DNA of 64,000 nucleotides from Bugula neritina (GCA_964035545.1 OZ037767.1:15876998-15940997); one strand, 5' to 3'; numbered from the stretch's first letter, positions 11,711 through 25,808 are shown. Translations and numbers: made by a program. The notes: generated by a model not told the origin, from the letters alone.

Positions 11711-14700
11711 ATGAGTTTAGAAAAAGCTTCGTCTGGCTCTATACTCGAACAGTTCGTTTTGTTATCATCGGGTGCCCGAGGAGCTGCAGCAGTGTCGTTA
11801 ATCAAGCAAGCTCTTGAAGCTCCAAATCTTTATGTGTTTGGCGAACTTTTAGATTGTTCGTCAATTAAACAGGTATGTTGCAGTTTTTATTTTCTTAACT
11901 AGAAACTATCTTCGGCAACATCTATAAGCTTTGTTGGTTTTTTCAAAGTTTTAAATCTGATTATACTCATTGTGATTGTCATTGTGATTGTCAATTAGGC
12001 TAGAAGTAGAATGCAAAAGCAATTGATAATAGTACTAGTAATAATAATACTGAACATGTAGTTTTTTGATCATAAAATACTCATAGTCATACCCAGACTG
12101 TAACATTAACTGGTATTATGATTATTAATTGTAAGTATAGGATTTATAGTTCAGGAAATTTAGGTTAGACTGAAATTCAAAGTCAAAGTTTAGAAATGTT
12201 TTATTTTAAGCTACAAGTGCAAGGTTGGAGTCTAAAATCTTAGCAAATATAATATGCCACCTACCGTATATGTATTATTATTTTTCTTTTGTGCTGTAGT
12301 CAATAATAACATTTTCGCATTGATTAAGTTTAAGTTTAACCTTGAATAGATTTAAAGTTGTTTCAATGATTGTAAGCCATTGAACATTATTCACCTTTTT
12401 ATTTATTTAGGCTATACTAATTATTATATTATAATGTAATAATTAGTATAGTGGGGTAGCCTTTGTTTTAATTTTTGAAATAAATGATTTTGCTTGAGAT
12501 TAATTTGCCTCTGCAGTTGGTTTACAAGTTCTTTAAGATCTTTGCCATATTGACCTAGTACTTGGCGTTATAATCCTGTAAACTGGTGCATTTAATTTTT
12601 GTAGCTGGGTGAGAACAGTGAACACAGGCCATATGTAGACCTGTTAAGACTCTTTGCCTATGGCACGTGCTCTGACTACATTGGTAAGATTATAGAGACT
12701 GACGATCAGGCTAAATACTCTCTAGTTGTTGTTTAAATACAAATTTTTATTCAATTTTGTCTTTTTCACATTTATTTACACATTATGTTAAAGCGTAATT
12801 GATAGTCGTGTATTTGAGTCTCAAAATTCCAGTCATATTTTATGGCGAAGTCAAAGAAATACGTTTCCTTGACCTAGACATGTCTTTTACTTGTACAGTT
12901 TATTCAAAGGCTAACTTCATGCGACTAAAGTATAATTATTTGAGAATTTCCAACTTTCAAAAAATGCAGTTGTTTATCATATCTGCGCTGTAAGCACACA
13001 CACAGTTGTGGTCACTTCTGCATCACGATGTTTCAGCCAATAGAAATGTGTTGCCTGAGATCTCTCCGCAAATGGTAAAGAAGTTGAGACACCTGAGCAT
13101 CGTCTCATTAGCAGCTAAGTGCAAGCAGATTCCGTACAGTCTGCTACTGAAAGAGCTGGATATGCCAAATGTTCGGGAGTTGGAAGACCTAATCATCGAG
13201 GCTATCTACGCCGGACTCATCAAGGCTAGGATGGACCAGAATGAGCAGAAGTTAGAGGTTTACTACGCAATGGGACGTGACGTGGAAATGTCGAAGCTAC
13301 CAGAACTGTTGGGTATCGTATTTTCATTAGATTGGATACTTCTTTATGCTGTGCCTTTAGTATATCTCAATTTTTCAAAGCTATTTTATTATAAATTGTT
13401 ATATTTATTTTCATCAGTTTTTCATCAATTCCTTTTAAACCTGCGGATTTTCGGTTTATACAACATTAACTTTTTAGCGTGTTTTTATTAATTTTACTAT
13501 TCAACTTTTCTGCCCATAATTCTTTTAACTTTATTTCATTATGTCCACCTTTTAGCTTTTTTATTTGATGATTACCCAAGCCCAGTGGTTATTATTAGAC
13601 TCGTAAGTATCATTATTAGAAATGTTACTGTGTGTGTTGTACTGCAGGTATTCTAGAACAGTGGACAGGTAAATGTGAAGAAAGTTTATCTGACATACAG
13701 GCTCAGCTGTTGGACGCACAGCAGAAGAAATCTGCACACATGAAACTCAAGAATCAAACCGATACTGAGGTGAGATAACTTTCTTGTCTAGTGCGGCAGT
13801 TTATTGCGGGGTCGCTCTAGTGTTTTATCACAGAAGATGCTTTATTTGCTGCTGAGTTTAAAGTAAGGAATGTCACTCAATTTTTAAGATTCCGGAGGTA
13901 ATCGAAGTGGGTTATGTATTTGAAGGTTGTTATGTATTTTGAGGTTTTCTAATAATATTGCAGAAGCGTAGGTGAACCTTGTCAGATAAATTCTGTTCTT
14001 ATTTAGTATTGTAAGAACTTTAGAGGCAATATAATATAAAAATATAATATGCAATACCATTAAATGTATGTACCGTTAGGCTAGCTCTAAAATTCTAACT
14101 TACTAAGAAATATTTTTGTGGATCAGCAGTTTTTAGTCAACCCAATTTAACGTACAGACACCTCAATTAATTATATGCAAAGCACAAGAATGATATAGAA
14201 TGTACTATCTGCTAAAGTTGTCCTCTAAGACTTGGGCCCAACGTAATTTTAGCTTTACTTAGGGAGGGTTTACTAGTCTCACCTAAAAGAATTGAAGTTC
14301 CTTAACTATTGAGACGTAGTTATAGATTTATTTTGCTGAGATGTATGTGTCAATGGCCTATTTCCTGTGCAGACGTATAAATACTGACTAATCATGTGTC
14401 TTTGAGAGGTTGTCCACACTTGGAAGCTGACAATTGTCTGATCATGTGACATTGGATTTGCCTTATTTAGAAATTGTCTTCTCATTCTCGAAGCTAGCAT
14501 ATAAAAGCTTTTAGGATGGTTTTCCATGTTTGTGTCAGTCACAATCTGCGTTCTGATGTTATCGTTTTCTAGTGACATATCATATTGCCCAACAAATCTG
14601 CTTGATAGAATAAGGCAATGGTTTACTGCTCGGATTGTATGTAACTAGCTAACTAACTTATGCTAGTATATAGTCGCCATCCCTGTGAGAAACCCGTGAT

Positions 14701-15169
14701 AGAAGGGGTTTTTGTTAAACCAGGCTAAGGACTTGTTCAGATGAGGCACAGGAGCAATTATGACTGGATGCTCTTCCTAACATCACTAATGACCCTAGTC
14801 TGGGTTGGAACCAATGACTTCGTGTTTACGCAAACGCTCTAACCCCTAGACCACGAGCTAACACTTAGCTACAATTACAGCTTTTCCTATGCTCTAGGTT
14901 ATGCTTGTAGATAATAAACATTAAGAAGACCCTGGCTTTAGCATCTGGCGCCGAGAGGGCCGGGATCCGCCCCTCCACCGAGACGATGGACACAGACGTG
15001 AAAAGCGCCAAGAAACCCGCAAAGATGAAAGGGTAAGAACTCAAATTAGTTAGTCGTTAGTCAAATGCATTACCAATGAGTTCTATTCACTTTATGTGAC
15101 ATACATCGATCTCTTCCTTGCAGGTTACGTGGAAGTGCTAGTAAAGTATTCAAAGGCTCAAACTCGTAG
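11711..15169 (+). CDS. COPS7: COP9 signalosome subunit 7 (PCI domain), ~268 aa
   Basis: Exons 11711-11872, 12605-12683, 13037-13312, 13648-13769, 14911-15032, 15124-15169; motifs LEQFVLL, LEAPNLYVFGELL, LFAYGT, KLRHLSIVSLA, NVRELEDLIIEAIY, KGLRGS; AATAAA at 15426. Confidence 0.95.
14667..14858 (-). mobile_element. tRNA-derived SINE (family A)
   Basis: A-box/B-box head and shared body gtgatgttaggaagagcatccagtcataattg; homologous to 39163, 43632, 44470, 62989 copies. Confidence 0.8.
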
Positions 15170-15832
15170 CTCCGCCAGGTCAAGGAAATCCTATACTATC
15201 AGAGTTGTGACACTCTTAGCCTGAGGACTCCTTTGCAGCATTGAAACCCCTCTGAGGCTACATTAACATTGGCCTAGCTGCAGACTGTAACCTGACTATT
15301 TTTTCTTTAGCTCAATAATTGTGGTACCAGTTTTGTTGAGCAGTACAGCTCTGTTGCCTCGTCCAAGTGACCATGTTTTGAATTTATTGTGAAAACATCA
15401 ACTGGCTGTACCTTGGAAATCATCAAATAAACGTTATGTGTATTCATCAATACAAATTTGCAACCATTTAATTTTATTCTTTAGTAATTTCCTATGTTTT
15501 ATGATTTTTGTAAATTGGTGTACTCAAGGGTTGAGATCGAAGATGCCAATTTGTAATTAGACCTTTTGCTATGAATGGTGAGCATGACCAACGTATTGAT
15601 CTCTTATCCGTTCCGAGTTAAGTGGCACGCACAATGTTTACTCAATCAATAGAAAGGCTGCAGGTATTGGATTTTTTAAATATTTCTCAGCCTTCAAAAA
15701 AAACTGAACTAAATCATGTGATTCTCAAACTGTATTCTCTGAACCCAGGCTATACTCACAGGCTATACGCTGTATATACTCGGAATAATGTATTCCCTAA
15801 TGTCTTAGTCTATTGGTAACAGCTGAGCCAAC

Positions 15833-16187
15833 ATGTCTAGCTTCTACTTTTCAGTCAGTAAGTCTTCTCCATAATTCATCTGACATTTTTATGAGTCACT
15901 TTTTCTGGAATAAAAAATTTCAATTCTGTTATGTCATTGTGTTGGCTGGTCATCTAGCACTTTGTGGATATATAGAAAAAGTGTGATTTTGCTTTGTTTT
16001 TATTTTATAGGTTGTATAATAGTAGTTTTAGAGTTGCATTGTGGATATGAACTTCAGTATATGGGTTGCTATAGCGACAGTAATGAAAGAGCTCTTTCCG
16101 CCTTCCACTTCAAAAGCCTTCAAATGGGAATCAATTATTGCATAGGCTTATGCATTTTACAGGGTAAACAATGTTGCACAAAATATT

Positions 16188-16234
<47 letters not shown>

Positions 16235-19200
16235 AAGAGTTTGAAATTAAATAAAAAGGGTTTTTATTCTGCCACATCTTTCGTTCTTCTATAGCACAAA
16301 AATACATTTAAATTTGTTATCATTGATGATTTTATTATATCTTTGGCAAATTTTTTTACATATAGTTGGGTCAAGAGTAACCAATTTTTAGTTGAACATA
16401 TTAACACATTACGTAGCAAATACTAGTCATAAACTAGTAAATGTATAGTATCTCTAACTTTAGGGTTTACTTTTTTCAATTATATTGTGGTGGCTCGTGG
16501 AGCTACCAGCAGCGTAATAACGGGGAAATATTGTAGTGGGACACGCGGTATGTGCCGCCACGTGCTTCCTAGCCAATCAAATATGTATCAGGTGATACCC
16601 CCAGCGATGCGTGTACAGAGGAGACTGAATTACTAGTCAAGAGTAGTAGATAGCGTGCCTTTTGCATAGAGTAGATGTAGCTTTTATAATAACGGTACTG
16701 GATGTATCTATTTTCTTATTATGTATCAGTAAATAAAGATATTCTTCCTAATAAACCCCAGATCATGTCGGATAATTGGAAACATAATACATACTAGGAA
16801 CTCGGGCATAATAATTTTGCAAATTACAACAGTGGTGGCAGCGGTGGAATTTCTAGTTCGAGACAATGAAAGGACATTAGGACATCATGGCAGAAAGTAC
16901 AGCTTCATGTGAAGAAGGTGAGCGAGATACTATTGTAACCCCCGACAGGCTGTTCCAGCCTGGAGAGGAGGCGTATAAATATAGACTAGAAGCTCCCGTC
17001 TTCACGGGCCTAGAAGATGTTGAACAATTTATTCAGGAATTCAATGAAGTTATAGCCATTACTAAATGGCCGCCAAGAGTAGCCCTGGTAAAACTACGGA
17101 TGGCGCTGACGGAGCAAACCAGGCCGTACGGACACCGACAACACTACACCTTCGATGCATTTGTACAGTCCCTCAATAATCTAGGCCTCCATCACCAGCT
17201 TCAAGCGAGAGGAGTGACCACGATAGAGGCTGCACTACAAGAAGGCGAGGCCTATCTATTGGCCGAACAACTCTATCGAGCGACAGGGAGCTCTCCACGA
17301 ATCATCACAGAGTCGGACCGGCCGATCCGGGTAGCTGTCGCTACCACCGACCCTTCTCTTGAAACGGTGGTAGACCGCTTGATGACCATGCTAGAACAGT
17401 TGGTGGCGATCATAACACGCGTCAACCCCACAGGACCCCCGAGGCCGAGGGTAGAGGTTCCAAGGCCAGCTGCCTTATGTTGGAGATGCGGCACCAGGGG
17501 ACATCTCCGCTCGAGTTTGCCACTACCTAGGAAGCAGTTAAACTCTCACGGCCCGCGGACGCCTCCCAAGCCCCGCGGACCAAGGAAGGAGGAACCATTG
17601 GGTGGAAACCGCCAGGCATCCGTTTGGATCCCGCGGTATGCCCTCCCACCAGTGGTAGACACCCCACCGGACCAGTCAACCGAAAAATTCGCCGACCCTG
17701 AAGAAGAAGAGGAAGTCTTATCCCCTTTTGTAGAAAATGAACCCTATCTCCAGATCCTGCTCGCCTGGCCACTGTGGAGGAGCGGCTCCTTCGGCTGCAG
17801 GCTGAGTTCACTCAGTTAGCCCCAGATCTACTCAGTACCACAACAGGACTTTACCAATTAAACGGCTCTGTAGGGCAGATTAAACAGAAATTACGTGCCC
17901 GTCAAGCCAAACATCGGCTTTCCAAACACTGACTCTGGCTCTTCTGCCTAGAATGATCCGTAAGCCTCGCACCCTTGGAAGTCCAAGGCTACGACATTAT
18001 TATCATGTAAATACTTGACAGCTCTTCTTCTTTGTCCAACACCACAGCTAGCGGTACTCTCTCTCTCTCTATAGCTAGCCAATTGTATGTGACATGGTGT
18101 TATAATGATTGTATCTGTCATTGTTGTGTATATATATATATATGTGTTTGTATCATTTTTGGTCTACTGATTGCACATCAACCCAAAATCTGGAAATTAT
18201 AACAATATAGTTAAAGTTCGGCCAAAACCAAAAGATATCTTTAGAAACTATTTTTACAACGTTATAATTGACAATTTTAAACAATCTATTAAATAAAACA
18301 ATAGTATACTTGATAAAATTTCGATACAATGTTATTATAGTGTTGATTTACTTAGATGTAAATAGATTATTCAGTTTAACAATATAGTTCAGCAATTTAT
18401 TTTAATGGAGACACAGGAACAAAAGAGAGGGATTATGGGTAAAAGGGAAACATATTACAAAATGATGCAATATGGAATCTATAAGTATGTAAAGAACATA
18501 ACTCCAAAGTAGTAATATAAGTGATTGATTTTCACTACATTCAATATAATATAGTACATATAATATTTAAGAATAAATATAATTGAATGATAATATTTTA
18601 ATGTGTCGACTTGAACTTACTTGTGTATTTACTTTAATAGGACAGCCCTATGCTGCGCTAGAGATGGGTGACGAGTGCTATTGTGGTCTCACATACGACA
18701 AGTATGGATCCAGCAATAAGTGCAGTAGAAAATGCTCTGGGAACTCTCAGCAGACCTGTGGAGGGACTTGGGCCCTCAGTGTGTACAGCACGTTCAGTCG
18801 TGAGTATAACAGCAGATTCAGGAGACTTACATGACCTCCGTGTAGCCCCCCCCCCCCCCGTATTAAACAGTTTGTGACAAGATTCAATACTATGTCAAGG
18901 TTGAAAGTAATAAATGAGCATTGGAATGAACATTTTATGAAGTTTAGGTCAATACCAGTAAAGACTGCATTGAAAATCCAAATAACTAGCAGAAATAGCA
19001 GATTCTTTGCAAGAAAGAAATGTGGCGCATATATGTGATACCTGCTAAACCGAACACACCTGTGGATGCATGTCCCTCTTCAGTAGAATATAAGTTACTT
19101 GTGGCCATAATATAATGTGCAGGTATAAGGGAGCATTACAATATTTTCAATTTCTCAACAGTGATATCTAAACAACACCTTTATGTTCTTATATATTGAA

Positions 19201-20432
19201 CAGGTGATGTTAAGGTGAAGGAACCGATGAATCAGAAAGAGCTAAGAGATTTGTTTGTCACCAGTTCTGTAGATGCTACCAGAATACTACCCGATATCAA
19301 GTCATTCATGTTATATCCTTGGTTGGAGGACAGGCTGGCAGCCGTCACGTCTCAACAGCTAGTGAGAATCAGTCCGACTGGGGATTGTGAAGTGTTGGCT
19401 GGTGTGCAGCTAACCGAATGCTCCATAAAGCCTAACTCCTTCACTTTTAACAGCATCAGTCACTTCATTTCAGTGGATTTCTCGCAGCTGCGAGATTCCT
19501 CGGAGCTCTTTAGTCAGAAAGTGTTTCTGGTGGCAGATCGTTTTGACCATTGCGTGAAGTTGGTTGACCCGACTAACCTAGAAGATGCTAACCCTATTGT
19601 GATAGGTCAATGTAGCACGCCCGGGAGATTAGATAATTTTTTTAGCAGATCTCTAAGCGATATTAGACTGACGAGCCCAATTCATCTTTCAGCTGTGTTG
19701 GCATCTGATGTCATCAGAATAATCATCAGCTGTAAAAAGAACGAACGCGTCTACCCAGTTATTTTGAATGTGCTTACCGACGATTACTTTTTTTATGACT
19801 ACTATTTAAAGGAGTCCCGGGGCTTCCTTTCAGACATTGTTAACTCTTTCTATTATCCACAAATACATTTACTCCAACAAACCCAAAATAATCAAAATGG
19901 TTGGAACTGTTCTTTAAACCTGTTAACCGACGACTTTAACATTACATCCAGCTATAGATGTGCAGCCCAGTTAAATGCAAATATACCTGAAATGCTTAAA
20001 AGTTGGCCGCTTCATATAAACAATGGTAAATTAAAATATTTTAAGTATTCTTGGACTAATAACATATTAAATACCGTAAATGTAAAAATCAACGGTTTAG
20101 CTCGAGAACTAACAAACCCATTTGACTTGTTCGACATCACCCCTGATTCTCAGAAAGTCATCCTGTACAGTGAGAGTCAAAAGATGTTCTACTTCACTGA
20201 GCCTAGTACTAGAGTTCGATTTACTTTGCAGGCTGATACTACGTGCAATGAGCAATGGATAAAAATGAAGACAAATGGTAGCTTGGAGTCGTGTGCACAT
20301 TTCTGCTACAAACAAGTGCATGATAAGTGCACATCATTTACTTTTGATGATAACATGAGCTGCTTTTTACACAGCAGTGAAGTGCTGAAAGCAGAAAGTC
20401 ATAGAAGCTGTTATATTGTTCATCAGGAGTGA
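15833..20432 (+). CDS. Secreted WSC + NHL-like propeller + PAN/Apple protein (~521 aa)
   Basis: Exons 15833-15857, 16011-16163, 18641-18799, 19204-20432, all phase-1 GT-AG; signal-like MSSFYFSVSCIIVVLELHCG; WSC YMGCYSD..CIGLC..YAALEMGDECYCG..CSGNSQQTCGG..SVY; FLVADRFDHCVKLVD; SLESCAHFC..KCTSFTF..CFLH. Confidence 0.85.
16486..18010 (+). mobile_element. 3'-truncated Ty3/Gypsy-like LTR retrotransposon (5' LTR, tRNA-Leu PBS, gag, decayed protease relic)
   Basis: LTR TG..CA 16486-16831; PBS TGGTGGCAGCGGTGGaATT at 16833 complementary to the tRNA-Leu 3' end; gag-like ORF; no RT/integrase or 3' LTR seen; right boundary approximate. Confidence 0.8.
16887..17819 (+). CDS. gag: Retrotransposon Gag-like protein with degenerate zinc knuckle
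   Basis: APVFTG.EDVEQFIQEF..W capsid-like start; CWRCGTRGHLRSSL (CCHC missing last Cys); GC-richer than host; follows the PBS. Confidence 0.75.
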   Translation: MAESTASCEEGERDTIVTPDRLFQPGEEAYKYRLEAPVFTGLEDVEQFIQEFNEVIAITKWPPRVALVKLRMALTEQTRPYGHRQHYTFDAFVQSLNNLGLHHQLQARGVTTIEAALQEGEAYLLAEQLYRATGSSPRIITESDRPIRVAVATTDPSLETVVDRLMTMLEQLVAIITRVNPTGPPRPRVEVPRPAALCWRCGTRGHLRSSLPLPRKQLNSHGPRTPPKPRGPRKEEPLGGNRQASVWIPRYALPPVVDTPPDQSTEKFADPEEEEEVLSPFVENEPYLQILLAWPLWRSGSFGCRLSSLS

Positions 20433-21482
20433 TTTAATTGACTTAAAGTTTAACGATATGTATGCAAAGATGTCTGTAAAAACTTTGCTAGTAAAAAGTT
20501 TACTAGTGGGACAATTATTATTCCCCCTTTGAATATTTTACCATTTAGCAAGAAAATAATAGTGAGATAATTTCTATTACTTTTCTTTAAATTTTGAAGT
20601 GAAAATATTACAACAATTAAAAACTTATTAGGAAGAAAGGACTACATGCTACCATATACTATATATCATGGTCTTCAATAGTATTCAGCTGACAGTGAAT
20701 AAATGCTACAATTTCTAACAATGAATTAGAATACATAAATCCAATGATTTCTGTTAGCTTAACTTTCAATCATTGGTTAGGATGTGAAAATAGTATTTTA
20801 CTGCTTCAATTTAAAGTAAAAACTGTTTCAATAGTGTTGAATTATTACAAAATAATACTTTTAGTCATATTTTTCCAATTTGTATAATAAATTAAAAATA
20901 CAACGTCAAATAGCTATATTATGGGAAGTTACACGCCCTTCTTTTGAAATGTTCTGTCTCCTATAAACATTTTTTTACATCAAATGAGAGATATAATTAT
21001 CTTTGCAAAGTGAAAACACAAAAGTGAAGTTTTGACTTTTTATAACCCTTTCATTGTTGCCGCTGCTGCTTTACAGTTATTTCTTAACATGACGGTGTGG
21101 AACAGAACATTAATTTGTATTGCAACAGACCACAATATACTATTTACCTGATTCAAATGGCATGTAATTCTTATTCATTATTCATTACACTAAACATTCA
21201 GTTTATAACCCAAATGAAAGTAAAATTATAAAAATTCTTTTATAGCTTATAATCACTCAATTTTTCTAACAAACGATTACCTCAATGCAAACATGAAAGA
21301 TAACAGCTCAAATTGTTCTGTGACCATTGGCTGATAACTAATATAAACCAAATAAAAGATAAATGACCAAAGTTAATATAAATAAAAGATATTTGCAGGT
21401 GAGACCATACATAGGGTTGTGTAGAGAGGCAGCTAAGAGTAAAAGAGGTAGTAACTTCAACCAAACAGAGAAATAACTAAAA

Positions 21483-23216
21483 ATGGAGAGAGTTTTGAAG
21501 ATTGTGCTGTGCGTCACCGTAGCCTTGGGCATGGTAAGTCCAGCAGACTATTGATATAACCATGCTAATATGTATTTCAGAATGTAACACTCTTAACTAG
21601 AACCATGTTTGACAGGCTAACTTACAGCATATATAGCTAACTGAAGGTGTGGAATACAGGCTCATATCTTAGCACACGATTTGTAATGGATTCATCTACA
21701 GCTTTATCCTGTCAATGTAGAAATGCTTCTATTTGTTTACATCGAAAAATCCATAATAAGTGAACACTGAATATAAAATTGTGTGTTCATCATAGATTTT
21801 AATTTTACATCAATAAATAATTTGTCCATTATTGCCATGCAATAACATTATGAAGTGGTTTTTCATCAATTATAAGTTAGAAAATAACTTTGGCCATTAG
21901 CTAGAAATTGAAGTAACATGTGTGTCAGAATTTTGCAATTAAATTATTGGCTATTTGCATGTTATGCCACCCATAGTGAACCAGTAGTTCAGTTTCACTT
22001 GGAAAATACTTCATTTTTACTCACGGGAGCTCTATTCAAAATGCACAAACCAATATACACCTATTCCAACAGGTTAAACCTAAACTTTCTTCCAACTGAA
22101 AATTAATCGTGAAGTGGTCACCAATTCATTTCACTTTGCTGTCTAATAAATGGTTTATTTTTTGCACACATGCATCTTGACCTTTTGCCTTAAGAAAAAA
22201 CGCTGCTAGTTTAGCTCATGGGAATCGTGTTCATTTTCATAATATAGCAATACTAATCTTGAAAATATGCCTAAGTATACGTATTACTTGCACAAGAATA
22301 AATGCACTAGTAATTAAAGATAAACCAACTTATTAAAATGTTTAGATATACTGTTTAGATATCATTGAGTTTGAAATGTGTGCATAAAAAGTCGAACTGG
22401 CTATTTTAGGTAACCTCTCAGCAACAGCTAAAACTGTGCAATGAAAAGATCCCGGACTCAGCCCAATGTGACATGGATCCAGAGAGTTGCAGCAAACCTG
22501 AAATGCTGCCTTACTGTCAGAGATACTGCAAGTTGTGTGATGACTCCAATGAAAAGCTCTCGCTTAATAGTATTTCTTCCAAACCAACATCTTGTAAAGA
22601 CAAGAACCCTCTACTCTGTTCTCTCCGAAAAACCTCTTGCTCTACAGACGACATGGTTAGAAAGAGCTGCCCAAAAACTTGCGGATACTGCATTCCTGGT
22701 TCCAACGCAAATGAATGCGTCGACAGAAATCCAACCCTCTGCCCAATGAGAGTGAACGACTGTGAAAATGTGGAAGTTAGAAGTAGCTGTAAACTCACAT
22801 GCAACGCCTGTTCAGAAGAACCTAATAAAATAGCCCCAACTCCTATTTCAACACAGAGACCTGTCACTGCAACCCCAACTCCTATTTCAACACAGAGACC
22901 TGTCACAGCAGCCCCAACAACTCGGAGAAAATCTAAAAACACTGCTAAGAAGTGCTTAGATCAACAGCCTTCCCTCTGTCCTGTGATCAAAGCCGACTGC
23001 CAGCATGCTGAGGTCCAGGCCATCTGTGCACAGACATGCGGCGTCTGCTCTGGCCCCAGTCAGCTAGTTGAAAGCAGCAGAAGGCGATCACCAGAAGTGT
23101 ACAGTCCAAGAGAGCTTTGTCGAGACTGGAATGTTCTTTGCCCGCGAGCACAGCAGGAATGTGATGCTAACCAGTTCGTGCAAACACTGTGTCCATATAC
23201 TTGCGGGAGTTGCTAA
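21483..23216 (+). CDS. Secreted protein with five ShKT domains (~285 aa)
   Basis: Exon 21483-21533 (signal MERVLKIVLCVTVALGM) spliced in phase 0 to 22410-23216; five 6-Cys units ending CxxxCxxC (e.g. CPKTCGYC, CPYTCGSC). Confidence 0.9.
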
Positions 23217-25808
23217 ACGCTGCCGAATAGGTCAGCGTGATTTATGCAGACGATTTTGTTAACTCTAATTTTTCAACAGTATTCTAAAACCTGAACTATA
23301 TTTCAGAGATTGAAGTAGTAACATGGTCATACTTGTACATGATAAAACGTTCTCAAACTGTTTTGAATTTTAATTGTTTTCCCAGTATATATATATATAC
23401 AGTAAGTTTTAATTTTTTGAATACCTTTTAAGCTCAAGCCTGTATTTGACTTTTGTTTGGCTAACTTTTTTAATAAAACAAAATGTTTATATCACAATCA
23501 TATTATGTTTGCAAGTTCCACAAAGTAAGTTTAATGGTTTACTTTGTAACTCAAATCTTGAGTGAACAAGAACTAACTAAATAAATATTTTAGATTTGAA
23601 CTAAATGCAGCTATATATATGAATCACCAGGAGATAATTTGATTATAGTATTTATTTAATAGATTAATAAACGATTCACAGTCTGAATCCAGTAGAACTA
23701 CTTAACACCCACATTACGCCAGCGTAACAATATTCACAGGAAGTTGCCTCTAGATAAGTGTTACACAATCTAAAACTGGAAGTAATCACAAGAATTATAT
23801 TACTAAGTTCGAACTTTACTCTAATATCTGAAAGATTTGATAACGGAATAAATTTTTACTACTTGGATGTCGGCCAGATTGACAATTTCTGACAAAATTA
23901 TCAGTCAATATTTTATTCTTCCACTTTTTACTGGTCTTAAAATAAAAACAATCTAATTACAAGCAATGTTTTCCATAATTCATAACTGCACGTTGCTAAC
24001 CTGCTTCTTCAAATATAATTTAACTTTTTAATACGTGCAGATATTCTGGTCTGGGTAAACACAACAAGAATGATTTAATTACAACTTTTATATAGCTATT
24101 AGTAGGTATAGTTTCCATATACAGATTCATTTTGGATTTCCATTTTTTACAAACATTTTATGCTACTGTGTGAAAACGTCGAGTGGTCTATTTATAATAT
24201 AACTGAGTTCAACTTTAAAACCAATCTGAATCTGAAAACGATTTAGGCATGTTATCTAATAAAAACCTAACTAGTAGCTTCATGCTAGTGGTTAGAAACA
24301 TATTGCATTCAAATTGGTTTCAACTCTGTAGATGATCAAATCAGAGGGTGGGTGCACTAATGAAAATGCGCGGTTTATAGATGAGATTGGGGGTGTCAGC
24401 AGCATCACTAACCAAAGTTTATAAAAATCATCAAAGAACTTAAGCCAGATTTTGACCAAATTAATGGTTCAAAAGTAAATATTTTATAGTTCATAACATC
24501 TGATTAGTGAAAACATAAAATAGTTGAGTCCCAAATGTAAAGTTTTTATCTTGCCTTTCCATTTTAAGTTTCTATTGTTGAGCAGTAATCATTAATATAC
24601 TATTAGAATGCATATTTTGTTCTAGAGTGCAATCTATAACCTGTAAATAAGCTGTATAGCAGCTGGCACTAGTGACACTAATACAATAAAAGGAAAACAA
24701 TGGCGGAGTAAGATTTAAATCTATTGTCAAATCCAGGAAATTACTTTATCAATTTTAAATTAACAGGAACTTGCCTTAGTAATATTTTTTTCAGCATAAT
24801 GTTTATTTAGAAGAAATAACGTCATGGTACACATACGGGCATTAAAAGTTTTTAAAACACAATCTCCAATGGAATGGCGACTACCTGCATAGGAAGTTAG
24901 AATTAGCACCATTCACATGTGTTACACCAAAAGTCGAGTGAAATCCCCCGACCCACACACGAGCATAGGTATTAAGGTATTACAGAAGCCATTTTTAATA
25001 AATCAAAGAAATTTTTTGAAAAAAATTGACTGAAAAATGAATGAAAATTAGAGCAGATCTGAAAAGTAACAGTGACAATGGACAAAACTGAGCAAATATT
25101 TGTACTTTAAAGAATACTGTGTACTAACAAATTTTAAATAAACCTAAATCATACTGTTTGAGTCTATCTTTAAAAATGCCCAACGGCAAAAAAAAAATAA
25201 TAAAGGAAAATAACTTGAAACAACTTTTTAAAATTTGATCTTCAAAATATTCTTACAACAAAGTTCAATTATTTCACATAAACTCACATGACTCTGATAA
25301 AATACTTGTTATTAATAAAAAAATACAATCAACTAGCCACGAGGTTTATTTATAGAATTTAAATTTAATTACAGAATTGCATTTTTATGCTATTGATTAT
25401 TTTAAATTTATAGCCAAACTTACAATTTGTAAATAGTTTCACCCTAAAAGTAAACACAGTCACTTATTAAAGTTAAGATAAGAATCAAAGGAGAAAACTA
25501 TAAGGTTATGATTAGAGTAACTGACCTTTATACTGCATAGAAAGTGATTAGGTAAGATAAGGTATGTTTGACTCTATGGTAACGTTGATAGAGGTAGGCT
25601 AAATGAGCACGGCATCTTTAAACAACCACCCACACATTAGGACAGCAAGTCTTTGTTGTATTTAATAAGTTGTATAACTGGAATGTGGCTATACCCATAC
25701 ACCTCGCTTTAATGGATAAAGTACTTTGTCTAAGCACCAAAGAATACCTTAGGATTAATATAATATTTCTGCGTAGATTGAGCATATGTCATGGATTTCC
25801 TTTTGCAC

